DNA from: Gemmatimonadales bacterium
Lineage (GTDB): Bacteria; Gemmatimonadota; Gemmatimonadetes; Gemmatimonadales; GWC2-71-9
DNA length: 64,000 bases
Reading direction: 5' to 3'
NCBI GenBank assembly: GCA_965249575.1
Contig: OZ252244.1
Location: forward strand, 1,920,001-1,984,000
A program made the position numbers and the translations under genes. Numbering within the stretch: the first letter of the stretch is position 1; each line of letters starts with the position of its first letter. Positions 51,071-60,946 of the stretch are shown piece after piece. The notes beneath the pieces are model-generated. The model did no database searches. It saw nothing but the letters and a program-made list of their open reading frames with translations, and was not told the origin of the DNA.

Positions 51071-51692
51071 CGGACAGGTTCTGCCGGCGGGTGTGATGCC
51101 GAAGGACTTCCGCGAAGACGCGAAGGACGTCGTCGCCCGCCGCGTGTCCGTGGCGGTCGTTGAATTGCTTGAAGTAGTCGACATCGTAGATGACCACGCC
51201 AACCCTCCTCCCACGCAGCCCGGCCGCGAAGTCCCGGTCCAGCGCCAACTCCACGTGTCGCCGGTTGGGGAGCTGGGTGAGGGGATCGACCAACGCCAAC
51301 GCCTCAGCTGCGTGGAGCTCCCTCCGCAGAAGCTCCGTGAACAGGGAGAAGCCGGCGGCGACCACGAAGTACGTCGTAAGTACCACCACCATGACGGGCC
51401 AGTTTGGCGTGGCGAGATCTGCCGCAACGACAACTGCTTGAGTGGATGCCATCGCCAGCACCATCGCGAATAGAGACTCAGCGGTCCCTCTAAGCCGGCG
51501 GTAGTGCGTCAGCGTAAACAGTGTGGCTAGGGCAGCGAGCCAGATCGCCGGCCCCAGCCTTTCGGCCGCGACGTTCGAAAGCGCGATGGAAGCCACTATC
51601 GGTACCACGAGGCCAGCCGCGGCGATCAACACGGCCCACGCGGGCAAGTCCGGCGGGGGCCGACCTGCGTTTAATGACGGGTGAACGGTCAC
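50949..51692 (-). pseudogene. Membrane-bound diguanylate cyclase truncated before the GG(D/E)EF motif
   Basis: 4 TM, DPLTQLPNRR and DVDYFKQFNDRHGHAAGDDVL; homology ends at about 51070 (QNLSA). Confidence 0.8.
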
Positions 51693-51815
51693 GGCCTCGG
51701 GGTCTCCGGCGTCCGGCGAAGGTGAGCGAGCTTCAATGTGGCCGCTCCATGGCACGCCCGCCAGGGATCGTGACACCCCGGCGCGCTAGGCTGTACGAGA
51801 CTCGGATCCGGTTGG

Positions 51816-52838
51816 TTAGGCCGCACCGTCGTCCCACCGGCCGTGAATCACGAAGTCGTCTATTTGGATCTCCTTACCGTAATCTGCGTAATCCCCATCG
51901 GTGCGGGCCCTGCGAAACTCTCCCCAATTCACGGTCCTGTATCGCGGTCTATCGCCGGCCACCGCTGGGATCGGAGCGCAGTCCGTCTCGTACGCGGGAT
52001 TGAAAAAGAAGGGAATACTGTACCGAGGGGTGCCCGTGACCGGCCGGACGCGGTGGAGAGCGGCCCGGTATCTCCCGTTCGACCAGATCTGCATCATGTC
52101 CGCCACGTTGATGACCAGCGCGCCCTCGATCGGCGGGACATCGAGCCAGACGTCATCTGCAAGAATCTGAAGACCGCCGACTTCGTCCTGCAGCAGAATC
52201 GTGAGAGCGCCGGCGTCGGTGTGATGGTGCAGTGCCATCTCGCCGAGCTGCGTGGTCTGTGCCCTCTGGTTCTCCTCCACCGGATCGGCGAGTGGATAGT
52301 AGTTGAGGCGAACAAAACTCGTGTGGACCGGTATGAAATACCGGTGCAGCGCTTTCGGCCCGACACCGAGCCCCTCGCACAGAGCCGCCAGGAGCACGAG
52401 CCCTAGCTCTTCGCACGCTTGAAAGTACCCAAGCATGGTCGGCTTGAAGAGGGGAAGCGGGGCGGGCCACTGGTTCGAGCCGTCGACCGCCGCTCGATTG
52501 TCTGGATGCTCCTCGGCCAGCCGGCGGTCACGAGCTTGAGCGAAATCGAAAACCTCTTTGAGATCTCGCTTGTTCTTGGTGAGCTCGCGATCGAAGTAGC
52601 CCCTCGGGTTTTCCTTGGTGCGGGATACGGCGAGCTTGGCGGCCCGAGGGAGTTCGAAGAAGCTGCGCGTTTGATTCCACACGTCTTCGACCAGGGAATC
52701 CGGCAATCCGTGATTCACGACCTGAAAGAACCCATACGCCTCGGACGCGCGTCCGATCGCCTGGTGAGGGCTCGCGCGTGGGGTGGAAAGCGGGGCGTCA
52801 CGGAGGGCCGCGATGTCGATGATCGGAATGCTTTTCAA
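51816..52838 (-). CDS. 2OG-Fe(II) oxygenase, isopenicillin N synthase family
   Basis: IPIID, GFFQVVNHG, RLNYYP, HTD, HRV and RYS. Confidence 0.92.
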   Translation of the reverse strand: MKSIPIIDIAALRDAPLSTPRASPHQAIGRASEAYGFFQVVNHGLPDSLVEDVWNQTRSFFELPRAAKLAVSRTKENPRGYFDRELTKNKRDLKEVFDFAQARDRRLAEEHPDNRAAVDGSNQWPAPLPLFKPTMLGYFQACEELGLVLLAALCEGLGVGPKALHRYFIPVHTSFVRLNYYPLADPVEENQRAQTTQLGEMALHHHTDAGALTILLQDEVGGLQILADDVWLDVPPIEGALVINVADMMQIWSNGRYRAALHRVRPVTGTPRYSIPFFFNPAYETDCAPIPAVAGDRPRYRTVNWGEFRRARTDGDYADYGKEIQIDDFVIHGRWDDGAA

Positions 52839-53043
52839 GCTACCTCACGAATCGACTGTGGGTGCACGGATTCTCTAGCAGTATGTACGTATGGCGCCGA
52901 GAGCGCGAGGCGAGGGCATCAATGTTCGTGCCATTTTTGGGGCTCCGCCGCGCGAGGTGGCGAGGCCGCGGGCTGCTGCCCATTTTGTTAGGGACCGCTT
53001 GGGAACCGCCGGCATTCACCGCTCCGGAGGCCAATCGATCGTC

Positions 53044-56000
53044 ATGCCCGAGACTTTGACCGAAAAGCGAAACGAGCGGGGACAACCCCGCTCTCCGGAA
53101 TCGGATGTCCAGTGGAAGCAAGCCGTGTGCGGCATCTGCCCGGCGGGATGTTGGGTGGAGGTTGGCCTTCAGAACGACGAGATAGTCGATATCCGGCAGG
53201 ATACGGGTCATCCGCTCGGGATGATCTGCCGACGCGGCCGGCACGCGCCCGAGATCGTCCACTCCAAGCACCGCCTCAAGCATCCGATGAAACGCGTTGG
53301 TCTCAAGGGATCGCACGATTTCGAGAAGATCTCATGGGACGAGGCCTACGAGCACATTGTCGAGCGGCTGGAAACCATCAAGAGTGAGTCGGGTCCCGAA
53401 GCCGTCGCTATCTACACCGGCCGCGGAGCCTTTGAGCTCTCGCTGTGTGACATGTTCCAGCCGGCGGGGGTCGAAGTTTCTTCGGCCTCGAATGTGCTGT
53501 TCCCGTTCGGCTCCCCGAACACGATGGGTGTGGGCGCGTTGTGCTACGTCTCATTCGCCATGATCGCGCCGCACGTGACCCTGGGCCGCATGCTCGTCAA
53601 CATGTTCACGGATATCGAGAACGCGGAGCTTCTGGTGGTGTGGGGCGCCAATCCCGCGACCGACTCTCCGCCGCTCGACATGCATCGTCTCGAGGCGGCG
53701 GCGAAACGGGGTGCCGAGATCTTCGTCATCGATCCACGCCGAACCGAGACCGCAACGCGCACGAACGGGCAGTGGATCCCGCTTCGTCCGGGGACGGATG
53801 CTGCGCTGGCGCTGAGCATGCTCGAGGTCATGATCGATGAGGAGCTGTATGACGAGCCGTTCGCCGAACAATGGTGTCACGGCTTTGGTGAGCTGCAGAA
53901 CTACGTACAGCACTTCCGGCCGGAAGTGGCCGAGGGCATTACGGGGGTGCCTGCCGATACGATCCGGACGCTGGCGCGTCGAATCTGCCGTGCCACGGGT
54001 GCGTGCCCCGTCATGTACACGGGACTCGAGTATTCTAACAGCGGAATCCAGTCCATCAGAGCGGTACTCACATTGTTTGCGCTTGCCGGCCAGCTCGATG
54101 TTCCCGGAGGCATCGGTCTCTCGATGCGGGGAACACACTTCCCCATCAACCGCTCCAGCCATCAGAGCAACCCCGATTTGAATCTCGCCGTCGCCCGTCA
54201 AAAGTTTCCCCTCTACAGCCACTACCGAGGGGAGTCACACGCCTCCGGGCTTGTGAACTCCGTGCTCGAGGGAGATCCGTACCGTATTCGTGGGCTCATA
54301 GTGCACGGAGCGTCGCTGCTCACGTCGTGGCCGCAGACGGCCGTGTGGCGGGACGTGCTGTCGAAACTCGACTTTCTCGTGTGCATCGATCGCCAGCTCA
54401 CCGCCGATTCCGCCTATGCGGATATCGTATTGCCGGCCACTACGATGTTCGAGATCGATTCCTACATGGTGTACGGGCCGATATTCCGCCTGCGCGAGAA
54501 GCTGATCGAGCCGGTTGGCGAAGCCCGCAACGATTACCTGATCATGGCGGAGTTGGCGCGGCGTCTCGGGTACGGCGATCTGTACCCGCAGACCGAAGAG
54601 GCAATGATCCGCAACGCCCTGGACGGTTCGGGCTATTCGCTCGAGGACGTGAAGAAAGCCGGCGGATGGGTGAAGCTGCAAACACCGATGACGCAGTACA
54701 AGAAGTGGGAAAAGGGCGGGCTCCGGGAGGACGGGCAACCCGGCTTCGACACGCCGAGCGGGAAGTTCGAGATTTGGTCCTCGACGCTCGAGGATTACGG
54801 GTACGAGCCACTGCCCAAATACGTGGAGCCCACCGAAGGCCCGTTGGGGAGCCCACAGGTCGCCGAGGCCTTCCCGTTGGTGTTCAACTCAGGCGCTCGG
54901 CCACACACCGATTTTCGATCGCAGCACCACGGCATCGAGGGGCTGACAAAGGACAACCCGGAGCCCACCGTTGAGTTGAACACGCGCGATGCCGCCGAGC
55001 GCGGTATTACCGCGGGCGATCTCGTCGAGGTGCGCACACCGAGGGGAGCGGTCTCGTTTCGGGCGAGAGTGACTGACGACATCGTACAGGGCGCCGTGGA
55101 GTGCAACATGGGTGGCGGGACGCCGGTGGGGCCGAAAGCGTGGCGGGAATGGAACGTCAATGAGCTAACCGACCTCTCGAATCGCGACGAGATCTCGGGC
55201 TTCCCGGTGTACAAGGCGTTGCTGTGTGACGTCGTGCGCAAGGAGGCCGGCACGCCGCAGGCCCGACGCGCTTCAGCCAAGGCCGCCGAGGCGTGTGGTC
55301 CCGTACCGCTCCAGACGGCGAGCCCGGGCAAGAAACCGCGCCGCCGGATCTACCTCGACAACAACTCGACGACGCAAGTCGCTGACGAGGTACGGGAGGC
55401 AATGCAGCCCTTCCTCGATGCGACGCATGGGAACCCCTCGAGCATCCACTCGGTTGGGCGGGAAGCCCGGGAGGGAGTGGAGAAGGCGCGCCGGCAGGTC
55501 GCGGAGCTCATGAACTGCCGTCCCCGTCGAATCCTCTTTACCGGTGGTGGCTCCGAGTCGGACAACCTGGCAATCAAGGGGGTTGCCTTCGCGGGCCGCG
55601 AAAAGGGACGGCACATCGTGACGAGTGCCATAGAGCATCCCGCGGTGCTTCAAACCTGCAGGTTCCTCGAGCGGATGGGCTACGAGGTTACGTACCTCGA
55701 CGTTGATCGGCAGGGGCTCATTAGTGCCGAGCAACTGGATGAGGCCATTCGAGACGACACGATCCTAGTATCGCTGATGATGGCAAATAACGAGGTCGGA
55801 ACCATTCTTCCGATCAAGGAGCTCTGTACGACTGCACGCGCCAAACAGGTCCCTTTCCACACCGACGCGGTCCAGGCCGTCGGGAAAGTCCGGGTCGACG
55901 TGCAAGAGCTGGACGTGGATCTGCTGAGTCTGTCGGGCCACAAGTTCCACGCACCGAAGGGTATCGGCGCGCTGTATATGAGAAAGGGAGTCGAAATCGA

Positions 56001-56499
56001 GCCGCTGATACACGGCGGAAAGCAGGAAAGCGGCCTGCGAGCGGGCACGGAGAACGTTCCGGCCATCGTTGGGTTGGGGATGGCGGCGGAGTTGGCCGGC
56101 CGTTCTCTGCGAGAGTCCGAAGGAATGGGGAAACTGCGGGACAAGCTCGAAGCGGGCATCCGTGCGCTCATCCCTGCGGCTGAGTTAAACGGACACCCAG
56201 ACGACCGGCTGCCCAACACGCTGAACATGACGCTTCCCGGATTGCGCGGGGAATCACTGGTCGTGGCCCTGGACCAGCACGGCATCTCGCTCTCCTCGGG
56301 ATCGGCCTGCAAGTCCGGCTCACCGGATCCCACGCACGTTTTGATGGCGATGAGCAGGACGGCGGAGGAGGCGCATTGCGCCGTGCGTTTCTCGCTGTCG
56401 CACGGTACGACTGCGAGCGACATCGACGAAACGCTATCGATGGTCGGGCGCTTGCTCCAAGAGATGGAAACGACGGTTCGATTCCTACCGTGCAAGTAA
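53044..56499 (+). CDS. Fusion of a Mo/W-bisPGD oxidoreductase (DMSO reductase superfamily) and a group I cysteine desulfurase (IscS/NifS)
   Basis: CGICPAGC...C, RL.HPM.R, ISWDEA, WGANP, IDPR.T, PGTD, ADIVLP and TPSGK; then YLDNNSTT, HTDAVQ, SGHK and SSGSACKS in one uninterrupted frame. Confidence 0.93.
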   Translation: MPETLTEKRNERGQPRSPESDVQWKQAVCGICPAGCWVEVGLQNDEIVDIRQDTGHPLGMICRRGRHAPEIVHSKHRLKHPMKRVGLKGSHDFEKISWDEAYEHIVERLETIKSESGPEAVAIYTGRGAFELSLCDMFQPAGVEVSSASNVLFPFGSPNTMGVGALCYVSFAMIAPHVTLGRMLVNMFTDIENAELLVVWGANPATDSPPLDMHRLEAAAKRGAEIFVIDPRRTETATRTNGQWIPLRPGTDAALALSMLEVMIDEELYDEPFAEQWCHGFGELQNYVQHFRPEVAEGITGVPADTIRTLARRICRATGACPVMYTGLEYSNSGIQSIRAVLTLFALAGQLDVPGGIGLSMRGTHFPINRSSHQSNPDLNLAVARQKFPLYSHYRGESHASGLVNSVLEGDPYRIRGLIVHGASLLTSWPQTAVWRDVLSKLDFLVCIDRQLTADSAYADIVLPATTMFEIDSYMVYGPIFRLREKLIEPVGEARNDYLIMAELARRLGYGDLYPQTEEAMIRNALDGSGYSLEDVKKAGGWVKLQTPMTQYKKWEKGGLREDGQPGFDTPSGKFEIWSSTLEDYGYEPLPKYVEPTEGPLGSPQVAEAFPLVFNSGARPHTDFRSQHHGIEGLTKDNPEPTVELNTRDAAERGITAGDLVEVRTPRGAVSFRARVTDDIVQGAVECNMGGGTPVGPKAWREWNVNELTDLSNRDEISGFPVYKALLCDVVRKEAGTPQARRASAKAAEACGPVPLQTASPGKKPRRRIYLDNNSTTQVADEVREAMQPFLDATHGNPSSIHSVGREAREGVEKARRQVAELMNCRPRRILFTGGGSESDNLAIKGVAFAGREKGRHIVTSAIEHPAVLQTCRFLERMGYEVTYLDVDRQGLISAEQLDEAIRDDTILVSLMMANNEVGTILPIKELCTTARAKQVPFHTDAVQAVGKVRVDVQELDVDLLSLSGHKFHAPKGIGALYMRKGVEIEPLIHGGKQESGLRAGTENVPAIVGLGMAAELAGRSLRESEGMGKLRDKLEAGIRALIPAAELNGHPDDRLPNTLNMTLPGLRGESLVVALDQHGISLSSGSACKSGSPDPTHVLMAMSRTAEEAHCAVRFSLSHGTTASDIDETLSMVGRLLQEMETTVRFLPCK

Positions 56500-56635
56500 T
56501 CCGATCCGCGTTGTCGCAAGCGTCGAGTCGAGTGTTGCGCTGTTCCCACGCTTCGCGGTTCTGAAAGAGGTGCTGGGCGCCGGCCCACTGGAACGGTTCC
56601 TGCCAGGCTAGTCCGTCGGTCTTCTGCATATCCCT

Positions 56636-58129
56636 ATGAGACGTACGGTTGTCACAGATCGGTCGATGCTTCGGGCTCTCGTGCCCTCTCTTTCGGGGAG
56701 CGCACGGTCCGGTGCGCCCGCGTTTCGGATAGCTGTCATCGCCGTGGTCGCGATCGGGCTCGCCGGATGCGGTGACGAGATGCCGACGGGCAACACGGCG
56801 ATCACCCCACCGGCGCCCCCATTGCCGGTCGTTCAATCCATTTCCGTGGATACGGCAGGTGCTTTGGTGCGCAGCCTCGAGTTGACCCTCGACATTCCCG
56901 CCGCCGTCGAGGTGGAGTACTGGACCGATCAGTCTCCAAAGCTCCAGATCGCGAGTGTCCGGGATACCTCACATGAATTGACACTCGGGCAGCTCGTGCC
57001 GGATGCGACATATGAGTTGGTGGCGTGGGCCATCGGTTCGGACAGGAGCCGCGCGGAAATCGCTCGGGACAGTTTTGTTACCGACACCCTGCCCAGCGAC
57101 CTCGCTCAGGTGACGTTCGTCTCGAGCGGCACCTCCACCGCCCCGCTGGTCATGCTCGAGGTGGGGGTCTTCCCAAACGGTTATCTCGGGTTTGTAGCAG
57201 TGAATTCCGTTGGCGCGGTCGTGTCGTATCACTCCACTAGCGGCTTCCCCTGGGGCTGGGACAGGAGGGCAAACGGGAACTTCCTCCTGCTCGATACGGA
57301 CGGCGGTTTGAACGAAGTGAGCCCGAACGGGGACGTGATTGCCAGCCGGCCCCACCTGGGAGGCAAGGTCATCCATCACGACGTGCTCGTGACTCCCGGT
57401 AACACCGTTCTCTTCATGGTCCGCGACACGCGCGAAGTGGCGGACACGTTTTACACGGGGGAGACGATCTTCGAGTGGGTTCCGGAAACCGATGCGCTGG
57501 AGGAGCGCTGGACGGCGTTTGATTTCCTATCCCCGACGGTCGACGTTGGGCCTCGGACGCGAAACAGCGACTGGCTCCACTCCAACTCCCTGTCGTACAG
57601 CCCAAGCGGGGACATCCTCATGTCCCTGATGTTCCTCGACCAGATCATCTCGATCGCGCCCGACTTCCAGTCGCTCAACTGGAGACTGGGCGGGGTCGGG
57701 AACACTTTCACACTGGGAGAAGGCGCGGTTTTCTCGGGGCAGCACACGGCAAAGGAGTTGGATGGTGGTCGTGTCCTCATGTTTGACAATCGCCACGTTC
57801 CAGTCGACAGCATGTTGTACTCGCGAGCGCTCGAGCTGGAGCTCAATCTGACGGATAGTACCGCAACCAAGGTATGGGAGTTTCGGGCTCCCAACGACAA
57901 CTATTCGAAGATCATCAGCTCCGCGCGACGGCTCGCTAATGGCAACACCATGGTCACGTTCGGAGCTGGCGATGGCCTCGTGGGGTCCGTGGGCCCAATC
58001 GAGGTCTACGAGGTGACACGTGGGGGCGACATCGTGTGGAATCTCGTGATCGAGGGAGCGGGATCGGTATACCGCGCGACACCGTTCGGGCACCTGTTTG
58101 GGGAAGTGCCCGTCCCCGACGACGAGTAA
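56636..58129 (+). CDS. Aryl-sulfate sulfotransferase (ASST family) lipoprotein with N-terminal Ig/FN3-like domain
   Basis: LAGC lipobox; HHD, DWLHSNS, GQH, FDN and YRA motifs. Confidence 0.82.
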   Translation: MRRTVVTDRSMLRALVPSLSGSARSGAPAFRIAVIAVVAIGLAGCGDEMPTGNTAITPPAPPLPVVQSISVDTAGALVRSLELTLDIPAAVEVEYWTDQSPKLQIASVRDTSHELTLGQLVPDATYELVAWAIGSDRSRAEIARDSFVTDTLPSDLAQVTFVSSGTSTAPLVMLEVGVFPNGYLGFVAVNSVGAVVSYHSTSGFPWGWDRRANGNFLLLDTDGGLNEVSPNGDVIASRPHLGGKVIHHDVLVTPGNTVLFMVRDTREVADTFYTGETIFEWVPETDALEERWTAFDFLSPTVDVGPRTRNSDWLHSNSLSYSPSGDILMSLMFLDQIISIAPDFQSLNWRLGGVGNTFTLGEGAVFSGQHTAKELDGGRVLMFDNRHVPVDSMLYSRALELELNLTDSTATKVWEFRAPNDNYSKIISSARRLANGNTMVTFGAGDGLVGSVGPIEVYEVTRGGDIVWNLVIEGAGSVYRATPFGHLFGEVPVPDDE

Positions 58130-58147
58130 AGTCCTGCCGTTACAGTC

Positions 58148-58926
58148 TCATTTTAGTATCGAGACTATCTCCATGCCGCCCGGGAAGCTGACCGTCGATC
58201 GCAGCATGATACGAGAGTCCTTCCCAATCCAGTAAAGCGTCGCCGGGCCGTCGGCGACGGTCCCGCTCTGAACGACCCAGCAGTCGGTTTTCTCTCCTTC
58301 GCGATCGAGCGATTCGGATCCCGTGACGCTAAGGAGAACGAATCGCTCGCCACTCAGGTCGAAAATGGGAACGGCGACCTCGTATCCCTCCCGAAGCGGC
58401 AAGTGGGGCACGAGCAGCTCCAGTGCTGCCCCGTCGAATGGCTCATTGAACAGCTGGGCCGCAATCCGCTGGCGCGAGCTGCCCGGGACGATGAACTCTC
58501 CAACCGGGACTCTCACTTCCGGACGGCTGGAATCGTCAAACGTCCCGGCGACGAAGGACCCCGAATACGTCCACCGCGCGATTACCCGTGGGGTGCGATG
58601 TGAGAAGCTCAGGGGAGCCAGACTGCGGGACCGGATGATGAGTGTGTCCAGCGACTCGCCACCTGGAACCGGCGCTCGTGACACCACCAAATATGCTTCC
58701 TCACCGCCTACGTACGTGCGGGTGACCGCACGCGTGAAATCTCCCCAGTCGGTCCGCTTACCGTCACGGACCAGCGACCGCGTGAGTGTATCTACTCGTT
58801 CCAGAAGCCCAACGTGCACCAACCGTGAATCGCCGGCCCGGATGGTGTCCTGAGTTAGCGGCGATCCGCCAGCGATCACGACGCCGGCCATGAGCCACCC
58901 TAGAGCGAGCAGAGCAACCCCCTCAT
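58148..58926 (-). CDS. Exported DUF3108-like hypothetical protein
   Basis: LPLREGY...PIFD...V.G.E.....CW.V...YWI; ATG at 58926 needs one more G in a homopolymer. Confidence 0.6.
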
Positions 58927-59153
58927 GTCGAAATGACCTCGCCCCGCCCGAAGGACGCCCACCGAATGGGCACTCCTCATTCAAGCTACTCGCCCCATCC
59001 GTCGATTCTACATGAGGGCCCCGGAGTGGGGTTAGGAGATCCAAGAGAAGCGTTCAGAGTCCTCGGCTCGCCAACGGTGACGCAGCGCACAGCCGGCCGG
59101 ACGCCTGAGGGCGTTGTTGCTAGAAACCTCGAATCGAAAGGCGGGTTAATCCC

Positions 59154-59687
59154 GTGAATACGATCAGAGTTGCATGTGCCGGAGCCATTGTGCTTGCGTT
59201 GCTCGCCGTTCCGCGCGTAAACGCCAACGCACAGTGGGCACTCGGCGTGAGCGGAGGTTATGACGCCGACATGGAGGAGTTTCTCGTCGGCGCGAACGCG
59301 AGAATCCAGCTTCCGAAGGCCAGAATCAATGGGGTGCCTCTCGTGTTGAGTCCTGGATTCGAGTTCTATCCCTTCTTCGATCCGACTCCGGGTTCACCAG
59401 CGACCGGAGGTAGTGTCTTCATCGCGAGCTTCGATGGCCACTACACGATTCAAACGCAGGGTGCCGAGCCCTATTTCGGGGCCGGTCTCCACGTGCGGCG
59501 CGTGAGCGTAGAGCTCGGGTCTCCCTTCGGAACCGTTGGCGATACCGATACTGGCCTCAATCTCGTCGGCGGCGCGGTTTTTGGCCGGTCGGGATCCGTC
59601 AGGCCATTCGGGGAAGCAGGGCTGAGGCTCGGCGACGGGGCGACGTTCCTCATCAAAGGCGGGGTGTACTTCCGGATCGGACGGTAG
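59154..59687 (+). CDS. Small outer-membrane beta-barrel protein
   Basis: Signal peptide, PYFGAG, GLNL.GG, PF.E and C-terminal GVYF. Confidence 0.8.
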   Translation: MNTIRVACAGAIVLALLAVPRVNANAQWALGVSGGYDADMEEFLVGANARIQLPKARINGVPLVLSPGFEFYPFFDPTPGSPATGGSVFIASFDGHYTIQTQGAEPYFGAGLHVRRVSVELGSPFGTVGDTDTGLNLVGGAVFGRSGSVRPFGEAGLRLGDGATFLIKGGVYFRIGR

Positions 59688-59817
59688 CCCCGCCCCAATC
59701 CCTCTCGATGGCGGCCGATCACGGCGGCCGAGGGCCGGGGACTCTAGTTCCTCGGCCCTCCTATTTGGGCACGAGTGGCGAAGTAGCGGACCAATGAGGT
59801 TGGGAGCCCCCGCGGTC

Positions 59818-60219
59818 TCACGACTGCCCAATGACATAGAGAAAAACGAAATTGTAGATCCCGGTCAGCAGCGCGAGACACCAGACCAACACCACGTACG
59901 GGCCGGTCTTGGGATGTAGCGCGCGTAGCGGTGCCGCGCGGGATGTCAGTTGCCAGGCAATGCCAGCCAGCGTTGCGATTGCAAAGGCAAGGTGAATCTT
60001 GAAAATGGGAAGCGCCTGGAGCTCGGGTCGGCGCGGGCTGGGATCCATCAGAAAGCTGAACGATATGAAGGTACCGAGCTCAACGACTACCCACGCCACC
60101 ATCAGCGAGGCATGCACCTTGACCTCACCACGCCGCACGCGCGTCGCAGCGTAAATGATCAGCGGCGGACCCAGTATGGCCCAGACGAGGGCGACGAGGG
60201 CCTGTGGTGGTGCGCTCAC
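59818..60219 (-). CDS. DUF420-like 4-TM membrane protein
   Basis: Conserved His in VHASLM, KIHL and LHP..G; TG.Y. Confidence 0.6.
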   Translation of the reverse strand: MSAPPQALVALVWAILGPPLIIYAATRVRRGEVKVHASLMVAWVVVELGTFISFSFLMDPSPRRPELQALPIFKIHLAFAIATLAGIAWQLTSRAAPLRALHPKTGPYVVLVWCLALLTGIYNFVFLYVIGQS

Positions 60220-60258
60220 GGGGGCTGGGGTGGGGGGTTGATCAGTGCGGGTGGCATC

Positions 60259-60783
60259 TCACCTGCGTTCGAAAATCGTGCTCCGTCCCTGCCCATCGAA
60301 CGTAAGGATGTTGTATGGGTCCTTTCTCGGTCCCTCCATACCGGGCGTTCCCATTGGCATGCCGGCAACGGCAAGACCCACAGCGTCCGGACGCTCCCTG
60401 AGAAAGCGCCGCAGCGCGTCGGCCGGTACGTGTCCCTCAACCACATAACCTTCGACGATGGCCGTGTGACATGCTGTGAGCGCGGACGGCACGCCGGCCC
60501 TCACCTTGATTTCCCGCAGATCCGACACGTCGTGAGTGGTGACCGTGAAGCCATTGTCCCGAAGGTGGTCGACCCACTTCGCGCAGCACCCGCACGAGGG
60601 GCTCTTGTACACCGCTATTTCGGGTCCCGCGTCATCGGTTCGGAGCGTGACAGCGCCGGCGACTCCTCCCACGATCAGTACGAGAGCTCCACCCGCTACA
60701 TATCGTTTCCAAGCCGCCCCGGAACTCGCTGAACGATTCCCTGCGTCGCGCGCAGCCGAGCGAGTTCGTGGTGCCTTTGACAT
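60259..60783 (-). CDS. DUF411 / CopG-like periplasmic metal-binding protein
   Basis: YKSPSCGCC..W..HL, CHTA...GY.VEGHVP and GMP.G.PGME. Confidence 0.9.
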   Translation of the reverse strand: MSKAPRTRSAARDAGNRSASSGAAWKRYVAGGALVLIVGGVAGAVTLRTDDAGPEIAVYKSPSCGCCAKWVDHLRDNGFTVTTHDVSDLREIKVRAGVPSALTACHTAIVEGYVVEGHVPADALRRFLRERPDAVGLAVAGMPMGTPGMEGPRKDPYNILTFDGQGRSTIFERR

Positions 60784-60946
60784 TTCTCGACCTCAGTGGG
60801 CGCTCGTATTCGGCCCGTTGTGAGCGAACTCCTTACACCGGGTTCAACTTCTCAGGACGGCGCAGAGAAGGGAAGAGGCGGCGCTGGACACGTGGTTGGC
60901 CGAGGGGCAACCTAGGAACCGCTCGAGGCTGGGGAGACCGTGACCT

